A DNA stretch of 64,000 bases from Candidatus Bathyarchaeia archaeon (GCA_050013255.1 JBEKFP010000001.1:1216001-1280000), one strand, 5' to 3'; shown: positions 17,432 through 26,909, counted from the first letter of the stretch. The notes: generated from the sequence alone by a model not told the origin. Translations and numbers: made by a program.

Positions 17432-19789
17432 ATGAATGAAAGAGTGAAGAAGCTTAGGCAACAAAGCTTGGATACGAAACCGGGGATCTCAAGTGAAAGA
17501 GCCGAATTAATGACAGAATTCTACGAGCACTCCTCAGAATCTAGCGCCCCTATCAGAAGAGCTCTCGCATTCAAGCACTTAATGGAAAGCAAGACGATCT
17601 GCATAGGTGACGAAGAGTTAATCGTGGGTGAAAGGGGCCCCGCCCCGAAGGCTACTCCCACATACCCGGAGCTGTGCTGCCACAGCCTCGAGGACCTTCA
17701 AATTCTCAATGACCGAAAGAAGATTCCCTTTGCAGTCGACGATCAGACGCGAAAGCTCTACCAAGATAGGATTATTCCGTTCTGGCGAGGCCGAACCATC
17801 CGTGACATCCTCTTTTCAGAGATGTCGGAGGAGTGGAAAGCAGCATACGAGGCCGGCATCTACACCGAATTCATGGAGCAACGCGCCCCAGGCCATACCG
17901 TTTTGGACGATAAGATCTACCGCAAGGGATTCCTAGACTTCAAAGCAGACATCGAGAATGCGAAGCAAAAGCTCGATTACCATAACGACCCAGACGCTTA
18001 CAGGAAACAGAAAGAACTCGAAGCTATGACCATTTGCTGTGATGCCATCATCAGGTTTGCTGAACGCCACGCTGAGAAAGCGCGCGAGATGGCTCAGCAT
18101 GAAACCAACCCTCAACGAAGAGAGGAACTGGAAAGAATTGCTGACGTTTGCTCATATGTTCCCGCGCATGCACCACGCGACTTCTGGGAGGCACTGCAGG
18201 CTTACTGGTTCGTTCACTTAGGCGTAATCACGGAACTCAACACGTGGGATTCCTTCTGCCCCGGCCACCTTGACCAGCACCTGTTCCCGTTCTACAAGAA
18301 AGGGCTCGGGGACGGAACTCTAACAAGGGACACGGCGAGGGAACTCTTGGAATGCTTCTGGGTCAAGTTCAACAATCAACCCGCGCCGCCGAAAGTCGGT
18401 GTAACGGCGGAGGAGAGTGCCACGTACACGGACTTCGCAAACATCAACGTTGGCGGCCTAAGGCCGGACGGTTCCGATGGAGTCAACGAACTCAGTTACT
18501 TGATCTTAGATGTAATTGATGAGATGAGGCTCGTGCAACCCTCTTCGAACATTCAACTCAGCAAGAAAAGTCCCGACCGTTTTCTAAAGAGGGGATGCGA
18601 GATTATTAGAAAGGGATGGGGGCAACCCTCGATATTCAACGTTGACCTAATTGTCGACGAACTGGTCCGCCAAGGAAAAGCCGTTGAAGACGCGCGGTCA
18701 GGGGGGATAAGCGGCTGCGTTGAGACGGGCTGCTTTGGCAAGGAAGCCTACATACTCACAGGGTACCTGAACTTACCAAAGATACTGGAAATTGCCCTAC
18801 ACAAGGGAGTGGACCCGCGCACGGGCAAGAAGATAGGATCCACCACAGGCGACCCTACTGAGTTCAACTCTTTCGACGAAGTCTTTGATGCCTTCACTAA
18901 ACAATTGAAGCATTTCGTTGATATCAAGGTTAAAGGTAGCAATATTATCGAAAGACTATTCGCCACGCAAATGCCCGCCCCATTTCTATCAACGATAATC
19001 GATGATTGCATCAAGAACGGCAGAGACTACAACGACGGCGGCCCACGCTACAATACAACCTACATAATGCCCGTTGGAATTGGCACGTTAACGGACAGCC
19101 TAACCGCGATCAAACATCATGTTTTCGATGAGAAGCATTTGAGCATGGAGCAGATGCTGAAGACGCTCGAGGACAATTTTGAAGGACACGAAGTAATCCG
19201 GCAAATGCTCTGGAATAAGACGCCGAAGTACGGAAACGACGACGACTACGCCGACGCCCTATTGAGGGCCTCATTCGATTCATTGTACCACATAATTAGC
19301 GGCCGAAAGAACACGAAGGGAGGATTCTACGCAGTCAACTACCTTTCCACAACCTGCCACATCTACTTCGGCTCAGTTGTGGGTGCAACTCCCGACGGAA
19401 GACACGCGCATGAGCCATTATCCGAAGGTGTCTCGCCCGTGCAAGGAGCGGATACACATGGGCCTACAGCCGTGATAAAGTCCGTTGCCAAAATGGACCA
19501 GGTTCGCGCGGGTGGAACGCTACTAAACCAGAAATTCTCCCCATCACTCCTAGAGGGCGAATTGGGGATTGACAACCTGGCACACCTGGTGCGGTCTTAT
19601 TTCAAGTTGGATGGCCACCACGTCCAAATGAATGTCGTGACTGCGGAAACTCTACGTGCAGCACAAGCAAACCCAGAGAAATACCGGGACTTGATCGTTC
19701 GAGTAGCAGGTTACAGCGACTACTTCTGCGACCTCGGCAAGACACTGCAAGACGAGATTATTGCTCGGACAGAACACAAGTCCTTCTAG
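17432..19789 (+). CDS. hypD: Glycyl radical enzyme, trans-4-hydroxy-L-proline dehydratase type
   Basis: SGCVETGCFGKEAYILTGY Cys loop, VRVAGYS Gly loop, plus EQRAPGH, NTWD, SxTYTDF and TTCH motifs characteristic of HypD. Confidence 0.85.
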   Translation: MNERVKKLRQQSLDTKPGISSERAELMTEFYEHSSESSAPIRRALAFKHLMESKTICIGDEELIVGERGPAPKATPTYPELCCHSLEDLQILNDRKKIPFAVDDQTRKLYQDRIIPFWRGRTIRDILFSEMSEEWKAAYEAGIYTEFMEQRAPGHTVLDDKIYRKGFLDFKADIENAKQKLDYHNDPDAYRKQKELEAMTICCDAIIRFAERHAEKAREMAQHETNPQRREELERIADVCSYVPAHAPRDFWEALQAYWFVHLGVITELNTWDSFCPGHLDQHLFPFYKKGLGDGTLTRDTARELLECFWVKFNNQPAPPKVGVTAEESATYTDFANINVGGLRPDGSDGVNELSYLILDVIDEMRLVQPSSNIQLSKKSPDRFLKRGCEIIRKGWGQPSIFNVDLIVDELVRQGKAVEDARSGGISGCVETGCFGKEAYILTGYLNLPKILEIALHKGVDPRTGKKIGSTTGDPTEFNSFDEVFDAFTKQLKHFVDIKVKGSNIIERLFATQMPAPFLSTIIDDCIKNGRDYNDGGPRYNTTYIMPVGIGTLTDSLTAIKHHVFDEKHLSMEQMLKTLEDNFEGHEVIRQMLWNKTPKYGNDDDYADALLRASFDSLYHIISGRKNTKGGFYAVNYLSTTCHIYFGSVVGATPDGRHAHEPLSEGVSPVQGADTHGPTAVIKSVAKMDQVRAGGTLLNQKFSPSLLEGELGIDNLAHLVRSYFKLDGHHVQMNVVTAETLRAAQANPEKYRDLIVRVAGYSDYFCDLGKTLQDEIIARTEHKSF

Positions 19790-19931
19790 TAGACTCCCAC
19801 ACGAAACGCTCAGAGGCCTCGAACTTATCTTGATTCCATCGTAGCATTATCGCCCGGTGCAGATGTGAGGAGCCTCCTACACTTTCTGATGAACCGAGTA
19901 CACCCATTTCCACTGATCTATAGTGGGATGC

Positions 19932-20795
19932 TTAGCCGCTTACGAGCGAGCGGGCTAGGAGGAATATGTTGCTTTTATGTTCGCGAATTCGCCGTACCGA
20001 GTAGGCCCACCAGCCTTTCCCGTATGGTATGTATTCGCTCACTCGATATCCGCGTTGGGCGAGTTCAATCTTCTTCTTGTCCCTAATCCCCATCAGCATT
20101 TCAAACTCGAAATCTACCTGCCGACTCCTGCTTAGTTCCACTGCTTCCTCAATCAATTTCTCATGATGGGTAGCGATGGCGAATCCTTGTCCCCGCTCAA
20201 ACATCATTCGCATTAGCTTTGAGAAGTTCTCGTTGATCTGCTTCTTGCTTTTGAAAGCGATCGCGGGTTTCTCGTTGTAGGCACCTTTGACTAACCTTAT
20301 CATTCCTTTTGAGTCAAGGATTCGGTTCACGTCTTCCTCGCTTCTCTTCAAGTATGACTGGATCGCAACCCCAACATTGTCCAATTTCTTCCGGAATTCT
20401 AGGTATGAATCGATCGTATCCGTTGTGTATGGGGATCCTTCCATGTCGATCCATACGAAGTTCCCGAATAATTTTGCGGTGCTTAGAATGCTGTTCAAAT
20501 TGTCTTCGAAGAGTTTCTTGTCGATACTCAGGCCGAGTTGGGTTGGCTTGATGGATATGCAGCTTCGGATCTTACGTGCGTCGATTGCTTTCAGGATCTC
20601 CAGATACTCTGTCGTGGCAGCAGCAGTTTCATCCTGTGCGGCGACATCCTCTCCAAGAAGGTTTATGATTCCCAGCATTTTGTTAGCGTTCGATTGCTCA
20701 GCGCGTTCCATCGCCGCCTCGTAGGTCTCGCCAGCTATCCAATGTTTAGCAATTTGGAAGAGCAGACCATTCCACAGACTAGCCGACTCAGACAC
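19932..20795 (-). CDS. putB: Proline dehydrogenase (monofunctional)
   Basis: ISIKPTQLG, VWIDME, RLVKGAY, IATH, YIPYG...RRIRE. Confidence 0.92.
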   Translation of the reverse strand: MSESASLWNGLLFQIAKHWIAGETYEAAMERAEQSNANKMLGIINLLGEDVAAQDETAAATTEYLEILKAIDARKIRSCISIKPTQLGLSIDKKLFEDNLNSILSTAKLFGNFVWIDMEGSPYTTDTIDSYLEFRKKLDNVGVAIQSYLKRSEEDVNRILDSKGMIRLVKGAYNEKPAIAFKSKKQINENFSKLMRMMFERGQGFAIATHHEKLIEEAVELSRSRQVDFEFEMLMGIRDKKKIELAQRGYRVSEYIPYGKGWWAYSVRRIREHKSNIFLLARSLVSG

Positions 20796-20952
20796 CGCTC
20801 ACCCACATGCACGGTGCCGAATAAAGTTGATTGGTATTTCTAGCCCTACGCAACTTCGATTCTAAATTCGCTCGTAGGTTTAGAAAAGAGACTCCGACGT
20901 TATGGAAGCGTCAAGTTTGCGCTTCAACATGAACTGCCGGTGTGTGTACTCC

Positions 20953-21044
20953 TGGAGCGAGCAACAGAATTTGAACCGTCGTCGTTAAGCGTTGGAAAGT
21001 GTGTGTGTGGGTCTAGTGGTGCGGGAGGCCGAATTTGAACTGAC
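20953..21044 (-). repeat. Two tandem degenerate tRNA 3'-end relics (T-loop to CCA)
   Basis: GTTCAAAT-TCGGC-CTCCCGC-A-CCA (21017-21044) and GTTCAAAT-TCTGT-TGCTCGC-T-CCA (20953-20980), 64 bp apart. Confidence 0.55.
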
Positions 21045-21182
21045 CTCTCGCGTAACCTCCTAGCTGAATTATGCGGGCTTGTGCCCATTAGGAAATCTCG
21101 TGGCACCGAAAAATCAACTGGTCCAAATCCGAACCATTCGGGCAGGAAACGGCCAAGAATCTGGAAAACGGTTGCTTTATGT

Positions 21183-21298
21183 TGGAGCCTCGGGCGGGGT
21201 TTGAACCCGCGACCTGCCGCTTTCTTGAAAAGCGGTTACGAGGCGGCCGCTCTCCAGTCCCCGCGGTGCGGGAATCTGCCAGGCTGAGCCACCGAGGC
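21183..21298 (-). tRNA. tRNA-Thr(CGT) with two introns (22/23: 21252-21275; 37/38: 21222-21236), CCA encoded
   Basis: Spliced sequence GCCTCGG TG GCTC AGCCTGGCA GAGC G GCCGC CT CGT AA GCGGC AGGTC GCGGG TTCAAAC CCCGC CCGAGGC T CCA folds into a cloverleaf. Confidence 0.92.
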
Positions 21299-21435
21299 AT
21301 CCGTCCTTAGCCAGACAGTTTCGAGTCTTAAAGTGTATTCATCCTTCAGTTTCATCCGAAACCTCATGTCCTTCACCTAGGAATCTTGTTCGTTCGTGGG
21401 CGGCCCAGATAGCCTTCGGCGAACCATATCGTCTT

Positions 21436-22731
21436 CTAAATGACGAATTCTTCTTTAGGGACAGCCCGGTTTGTCAGGCCAAGTCGCAGTGTGCTAATTC
21501 TCTGGTCGCCGAAGAGCTTAGCCTCCTGCTTCCCTTCGGTGATCGCGGCCGCCATACGTCCCACGGCGTCCGCCTTCATGATTCCGCTCCCACTCATACC
21601 CGTCGCTAGAACACAATTACTGATTCTCGCCACGATGGGCGTGGAGTCTACGGAGTTAACGTCGTAGAAACCTGCCCACGAATTGACAGGCCGCAAGTTT
21701 GCGAAGCAAGGAAAATACTCGCTCAAGATAGGGTAAATGTTGTACGTGTAATTGTTTTCGTCTGCGATTGGTTCTTCTTCAAGCTTGAAGGGTTGCCCGA
21801 TTCCAGCGGTTGACGATAACCAGAAACTTCGTTCGCCTGGATTGGGGCGGAAGTAGGCTTCGCCCCTAGGAAGAATTGTGAACGGAACCGTGCCTTGCGG
21901 GTTGAAGCCCTTGGTCTTAAGCAATCTTTGAATGTTTTCGCCGCGAACTTGGTAGACTTGGTTCTTTTGGGGTTTAGTTAGGCAATCAACCCCCAAGGGG
22001 TCAAGAAGTGTCGCGGTTCTGATCCCGGTGGCTAGCACAATTGTGTCAGCGAGGATTGTTCCGTGGTTCGTTTCAACTTCCTTGAAGACCTTATCCTGCC
22101 ACGCGAAAGGTTCCCCTGGAAGCTCCAAAGGTTTCCCGGCACCTAAATGAAGGGACTTGGCGTCTGTGCCGAATTGAAGCTCTCCGCCGAGTTTCTTGAA
22201 CTCATTCTCGTAGAATTTCACGATTAATTCAGGCGCAACTATGCCACAGTCCAACCCAAAGACTGCTTTGTGAATGCTTTCCAGTCCTAGTATCTTGCTC
22301 TGTTCAGACGCAGGGTCCAAGACTAGGTCGGGCATCAAGGAGGCTAGCTCGTCGCGTTCAACCACCTTCAGCCGAATCCCTTGCGCAAGCATCTGGTTCG
22401 CGATGCTTTCGTAAGCGATGAACTGCTTCTCGGTCAGCAGCCAAAGGTAACCAACCATATCGAGGTTGAGGTTGAACCCAACCTCGGTTTGAACATGTTT
22501 GTAAAAATCAATCGTGCTTCTAGCTAGAAGCCGGTTAACGTCTGAGGTGAAAGTGTCCCGCAATGCCGCCATACTCTTGGCGGTGTCCCCTTGACCTGTT
22601 GCGGGGTAACGGTCTATCACCAAAACTGAGAGCTGAGGATTGTTTTCCTTGATGTGGTAAGCTGTGGATAGGCCAATGACGCCCGCGCCTATCACAAGCA
22701 CGTCCCAGTGTCGTCCGCTGCCTGCAGTCAA
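21436..22731 (-). CDS. FAD-dependent oxidoreductase, DAO/sarcosine oxidase beta family
   Basis: GAGVIG Rossmann motif, SWAGFYD...DSTP, GMSGSGIMKA. Confidence 0.88.
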   Translation of the reverse strand: MTAGSGRHWDVLVIGAGVIGLSTAYHIKENNPQLSVLVIDRYPATGQGDTAKSMAALRDTFTSDVNRLLARSTIDFYKHVQTEVGFNLNLDMVGYLWLLTEKQFIAYESIANQMLAQGIRLKVVERDELASLMPDLVLDPASEQSKILGLESIHKAVFGLDCGIVAPELIVKFYENEFKKLGGELQFGTDAKSLHLGAGKPLELPGEPFAWQDKVFKEVETNHGTILADTIVLATGIRTATLLDPLGVDCLTKPQKNQVYQVRGENIQRLLKTKGFNPQGTVPFTILPRGEAYFRPNPGERSFWLSSTAGIGQPFKLEEEPIADENNYTYNIYPILSEYFPCFANLRPVNSWAGFYDVNSVDSTPIVARISNCVLATGMSGSGIMKADAVGRMAAAITEGKQEAKLFGDQRISTLRLGLTNRAVPKEEFVI

Positions 22732-22946
22732 AGCGCCAACCCCCTGATGCTAAGCGGTGAGTCACTGATCTTTGCACTATTAATTCTACGCACACAACGC
22801 ATTTGTGGTCACGAGGCCACTCAGTCGCCGACCCCCATGTCCCGGTGTCATGTGCGCCGCGTCTGAACCTAGTTTTTCCCCAGCCCCGATAGCTCAGCGA
22901 AAGGCATACCTATCCGGCAACACGTCAACTACCTAGGCTTTGTTGC

Positions 22947-23420
22947 ATGAGAATGAGGTACGACAAGAAGACCGATCAGCTGCAACTACTCATTCGCGAG
23001 GACAAGGATACTACGCCCAGGGTTTTGGATGAGGATGTGACGGTGGCCTACACTAAAGATGGGGAAGTAGCCAAGATCAGTGTCAAGAACGCGCTTACCC
23101 GAATCTTCGACGGCCTTGGAGTAAAACTGCCCTCTGAACGGCACGCACCAGCCGAAGAACGGGAGGGCGGAATAAAGGTCGAAGTCGAAGCGGACAAATG
23201 CCTCGGCTTCGGCAGCTGCGTCATAGTCTCACCCGACGTTTTCCGACTCGACGAGCGCCCTGGCCAAGGAGTATTCCGTAGCCGTGCTAAGCTGGATGTC
23301 TTGGACGAGGCTGGGGGAAAAGACTACGAAAATCTCCTAATCGCCGCGCAATCATGCCCAACTCAGGCAATCACAATAATCGACAGAAAGACCGGAAAAA
23401 GAGTTTACCCACCCGAGTAG
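22947..23420 (+). CDS. DUF2283-like domain fused to a [3Fe-4S]-type ferredoxin
   Basis: N-terminal MRYDKKTDQLQL...VAYTKDGEVAKISV; C-terminal CLGFGSC...SPDVF...AAQSCPTQAI. Confidence 0.75.
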   Translation: MRMRYDKKTDQLQLLIREDKDTTPRVLDEDVTVAYTKDGEVAKISVKNALTRIFDGLGVKLPSERHAPAEEREGGIKVEVEADKCLGFGSCVIVSPDVFRLDERPGQGVFRSRAKLDVLDEAGGKDYENLLIAAQSCPTQAITIIDRKTGKRVYPPE

Positions 23421-23539
23421 GCTCCTCCGTGCTGTGCTTGAAAAGCAGTTGAGGGCCAAATGGCCGACGCATAACCCTTCAACATTTAACGCCCGCGCCG
23501 CAGAACAATCGCCTCATTGAAAGAAGGGCTCGGGTTCCA

Positions 23540-24751
23540 CTGACCTCTATCTACACAATTTCTCGTGAAGACCTCTACGACTACCGAAGGTGCCCGAAGA
23601 TCGTAGCCATCAAAGCTTACAGGGCACTCAGGGCCGTACGAGAAAACCGGCGCAGCGAGCCGCGCGTACTGGAACCCGTAACAATTGGCATGATTGGGGA
23701 AGCGGCCGTAAAGCTTGGATTCCAAGGCCTACCCAGAGCCGTCGCGATGGGGCAGATCGCCCAAGCTATTCCTCAAGTGAATTTCAATGAGTACCTCGAA
23801 GAGATCGCATCCCAGTCCCTGAAGGGCGTCGAGGAGGTTCGGGCAAAACTCGCTAGGGAGTATGGGGATCTAACAATAATTGGGAAGGGTGAAGGGCGCC
23901 ACCCCGACCTTCCCGGGAAGGTGCGCCCTGATTTCATTGCCTTCAAAGAGCGAAACCAAAATCCAATCATCATCGAGACTAAAGACACTACGAGAATGAA
24001 TCCAACGGATAACTTCCAAGCCGCGCTCTACAACGGCATAGCTGAACGGTACGGTGTCTATCTCATTGAGGAGAGGGTCGAGGGCGGCGTGCGCACGTTT
24101 TCTCCGTTTACGATACAAGGCAATGCCGAGGCTATTCTGATTTATCCAAGGCTCGCCGAATACTCCATCGTTAAGGACCGATTTGTTCCAGGAAGCGAAT
24201 TGATAAGGGAAATTTGGAAGGCAAAGCAACTTGGGTTCAAAGGCTTAACCCCTGAGACAGATTGCGGAAAGAAATGCGCACACAACAGGTTGAAGGTAAA
24301 ACTGGAGGAGGGGAACATGGAGCCAGCGCCACCGCTCCCCCTCATATTTTCCAACGCCGTTCTGGAAAGCGGCTTCAGTTATGACATAGGCTACCAAGTA
24401 AGCTACGGTTGGAATCTCCTCCCGCTTAGGGTCAAGGTCGCCATCACCTTGTCAGAGCGAAGGGCTGGCATGGCTGGTGTAAAGGAATGGTTGACGAGGA
24501 CGGTGGGGCTCGAAGAAGAAGCCGCTCAGATCGTTGTAAATTCGGAGAGGCGAGAGGCGTTTCTTCATTCTAGGTCAGATGCGGAAAGTTTGCTGAAATC
24601 CGCGGACAGCGAACTTGAACCGTGGAAAAGCATCCTCAAAGGGAGGCTTACTGCTGGGGCGCCCAGCATCTTGGCCATAGCCACAGCCATCTACTCTCTA
24701 CCAAAGAAAAGTTCCAGGTTTGTCCGTGAAGCATGGGATAGGTGGCGATAG
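23540..24751 (+). CDS. Solo Cas4-like PD-(D/E)XK nuclease
   Basis: In-frame upstream ISREDLYDYRRCPK, then RPD...IIETK, QAALY and CGKKCAH; start is uncertain (CTG at 23540; first ATG at 23690). Confidence 0.75.
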   Translation: MTSIYTISREDLYDYRRCPKIVAIKAYRALRAVRENRRSEPRVLEPVTIGMIGEAAVKLGFQGLPRAVAMGQIAQAIPQVNFNEYLEEIASQSLKGVEEVRAKLAREYGDLTIIGKGEGRHPDLPGKVRPDFIAFKERNQNPIIIETKDTTRMNPTDNFQAALYNGIAERYGVYLIEERVEGGVRTFSPFTIQGNAEAILIYPRLAEYSIVKDRFVPGSELIREIWKAKQLGFKGLTPETDCGKKCAHNRLKVKLEEGNMEPAPPLPLIFSNAVLESGFSYDIGYQVSYGWNLLPLRVKVAITLSERRAGMAGVKEWLTRTVGLEEEAAQIVVNSERREAFLHSRSDAESLLKSADSELEPWKSILKGRLTAGAPSILAIATAIYSLPKKSSRFVREAWDRWR

Positions 24752-24870
24752 GAGTAAATGGTACCCGGAGCGTGTGCCTCGTCCCTTGAAATTGATGTCT
24801 AGCATATGTTATACAACGTAAGAGAAGTGAAGTCTGCCTACCCTGCATGGGGTGTCCCCACGCTACTAAG

Positions 24871-25875
24871 TTAGTCGCCTTGGGGTGATGCTACGCTGAT
24901 GTACTCAAGCTTTTGCGGGGGTGATTCGGGCAGTGGGCGGGAGGCTACGCGCATTAGTATGATCCTGTTTCTGGTTCCGGGTACGCTTCCTTTCAAGGTC
25001 ACGTAGTCCGAGTTGATTATGCCGTAACGTAGGAAGCCGCCTTTCGGCGTGATTTCGGTGCCGTCATTGCCCACTTTCATAACAAGTTTGTTGTATTCGG
25101 TTCGTTGGTGGAAACCCATTTGGCCAGCCCTGGGGACGGAGTACATGACGTAGTGCGGTGTCCATGCGCCGATCGAACCGACTTGGCGAACGGTTTTTCG
25201 GGCTTTGTGGAACTTCCTTCGAATTCCCCACCGCTTAACCGGCCCCTGTATCCCCTTGCCCTTTGTAATGCCAATCGTGTCAACCACTTGCCCTTCCTTG
25301 ATGAAGTCGGCGGCCTTCACCTCTTGCCCGAGTATCTTCTTGCAATACTCAAACTGGTCCTTGATGGAGCCTCCTCCGACTTTCACTTCGATGATTTCCG
25401 GCGCCTTCTTGCCGTGTTTTGCGAGGCGAGGTTGAGTGGCCATGAGCATGCGCAAATCGGCAATCTTATCCAAGTTACCCTCAATCTTCTTCAGCCCGGC
25501 TTCTGTGGGAAATTTCTCTGGAACCGAAATAACGCGGCCGAAATCCTTTGGCACTGTTTCCATCCATGCCTCGCCAAAGGTTCTCAGCCCTTCGTAGGGC
25601 TTGGTGTAGGCACGCAAGGCGGTGGCCAACATTGGTGGTGCCTCCAAAGTGGTTAATGGAATTACAATTTCCTTCCCGAACATAAGCGAGCCCTCGCGGT
25701 TGTCTACGGCTAAGGCGTAGGTCATGCCAGCCTTGAAGCCGGCAAAAGCGAGTAGCCGCGGGCCCTCATCAACTTCGGGCCAATACCTTATTCTGCCAAC
25801 CCAACGTGAAGCGCGCCCCCTTGGCAAATAGGCGAGGGAGCCTCGCTTTGGGGCGTGAACTTTCCTGTGACCCAT
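24871..25875 (-). CDS. rpl3: 50S ribosomal protein L3 (uL3)
   Basis: APKRGSLAYLPR, GFKAGMT, ITKGKGIQGPVKRWG, RAGQMGFHQRTEYNK. Confidence 0.97.
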   Translation of the reverse strand: MGHRKVHAPKRGSLAYLPRGRASRWVGRIRYWPEVDEGPRLLAFAGFKAGMTYALAVDNREGSLMFGKEIVIPLTTLEAPPMLATALRAYTKPYEGLRTFGEAWMETVPKDFGRVISVPEKFPTEAGLKKIEGNLDKIADLRMLMATQPRLAKHGKKAPEIIEVKVGGGSIKDQFEYCKKILGQEVKAADFIKEGQVVDTIGITKGKGIQGPVKRWGIRRKFHKARKTVRQVGSIGAWTPHYVMYSVPRAGQMGFHQRTEYNKLVMKVGNDGTEITPKGGFLRYGIINSDYVTLKGSVPGTRNRIILMRVASRPLPESPPQKLEYISVASPQGD

Positions 25876-26006
25876 TTATTCCACCAATCTGGGTTGGCTG
25901 TTTCTTGGGTGTTCCATTCAAGCTCTAAAATACTTTACCATGAACCTCGGCCCAAGAGGGCATAGACCTTTTTTAAGGTGAAATTAGAGCAGGGGGGATT
26001 CTATTT

Positions 26007-26445
26007 CTAGCGGCGTGAAATTTCGAGTAGGCGTTTCTCCCAGCCTTTGCTGTTGAAGAAGGTTGTACCATCTTCGAAGTCAGACATTCCGAGGAAATCT
26101 CTTTCCGCCTGTCGAGACGTGCTTATCGAGATCTTGCAATCAAAAGGAGGTTCGACTGGGTTAGGAGGCAGGTCTGGCAAATCCACTATTGCGAATGCAT
26201 GGTCTGTCCTCTCGTTGATCCTCAAGAAAAGCAACACGTATCGTTTCTTAAGCCATTCCTGAATGGCGACAGAATCGCATTTTCCCATAATCAATCCACA
26301 GGGGGGTCTTCGTCAACTGGCGATAATAAGGTCTAACGGAGAAGTCCAGTTCGTGACGATTAGCTAATTTGGGCGTTCCTAGCGTGTGTATACAATCGTA
26401 CGGGTGAGGCAATTTGAACTGCGATTTGTGGCGGCGGTAATTCAT
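26007..26445 (-). pseudogene. Possible frameshifted hypothetical gene (two overlapping ORFs)
   Basis: ORFs 26248-26445 and 26007-26294 would join if one A were removed near 26283; no family recognised. Confidence 0.25.
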
Positions 26446-26579
26446 CTTGTCGGCTGGGACATAGAATTGTGAGACTAGGTTTCCTCAGAAGCTGGTATGG
26501 TTCTTTGGCAGGTCTCACCGAAGTAAGGAAGGCTTAAGGGTGTCTCTGGCTGCATGGCGCAATTCGGTCGTCATCTAGA

Positions 26580-26903
26580 ATGCAGTTCTGCCCGAAATGC
26601 AGTCTCGCGCTTATTCCAACGAAGAAGGAAAAGTTTGTTGTGCTAGCATGCCCTAAATGCGGGCAAGAAACGAGGCGCTCGGATCCTATGATACAGAAAT
26701 TCGGAAAGGCCAAGGAATCCGTCGTGGTAATCGGTAAGGAGGAGAGGAGCATACAGACTCTCCCGACCATGAAAGTTAGCTGCCAAAAATGCGGGCATGG
26801 AGAAGCTTTCTATTGGATGGTGCAAACGCGCGGGGGGGATGAAGCCTCGACTCAATTCTTCAGGTGCGCCAAATGCGGAGCAACATGGCGCGAATATTCA
26901 TAA
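26580..26903 (+). CDS. tfs: Transcription factor S (TFS/RpoM)
   Basis: MQFCPKC...CPKCG; QTRGGDE catalytic acidic motif; FFRCAKCGATWREY. Confidence 0.95.
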   Translation: MQFCPKCSLALIPTKKEKFVVLACPKCGQETRRSDPMIQKFGKAKESVVVIGKEERSIQTLPTMKVSCQKCGHGEAFYWMVQTRGGDEASTQFFRCAKCGATWREYS

Positions 26904-26909
26904 TTCTTC

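Noticed and set aside
19860-19920. C/D box sRNA (TGATGA...CTGA)
   Set aside because: No convincing full C/D'/C'/D layout
22883-22898. GCCCCGATAGCTCAGC resembling a tRNA 5' end
   Set aside because: Only 16 nt, with no D-stem partner, BHB or remaining tRNA body; could be chance
23400-24870. CRISPR-Cas locus suggested by the Cas4-like gene
   Set aside because: No repeat-spacer array or other cas genes seen anywhere in the window
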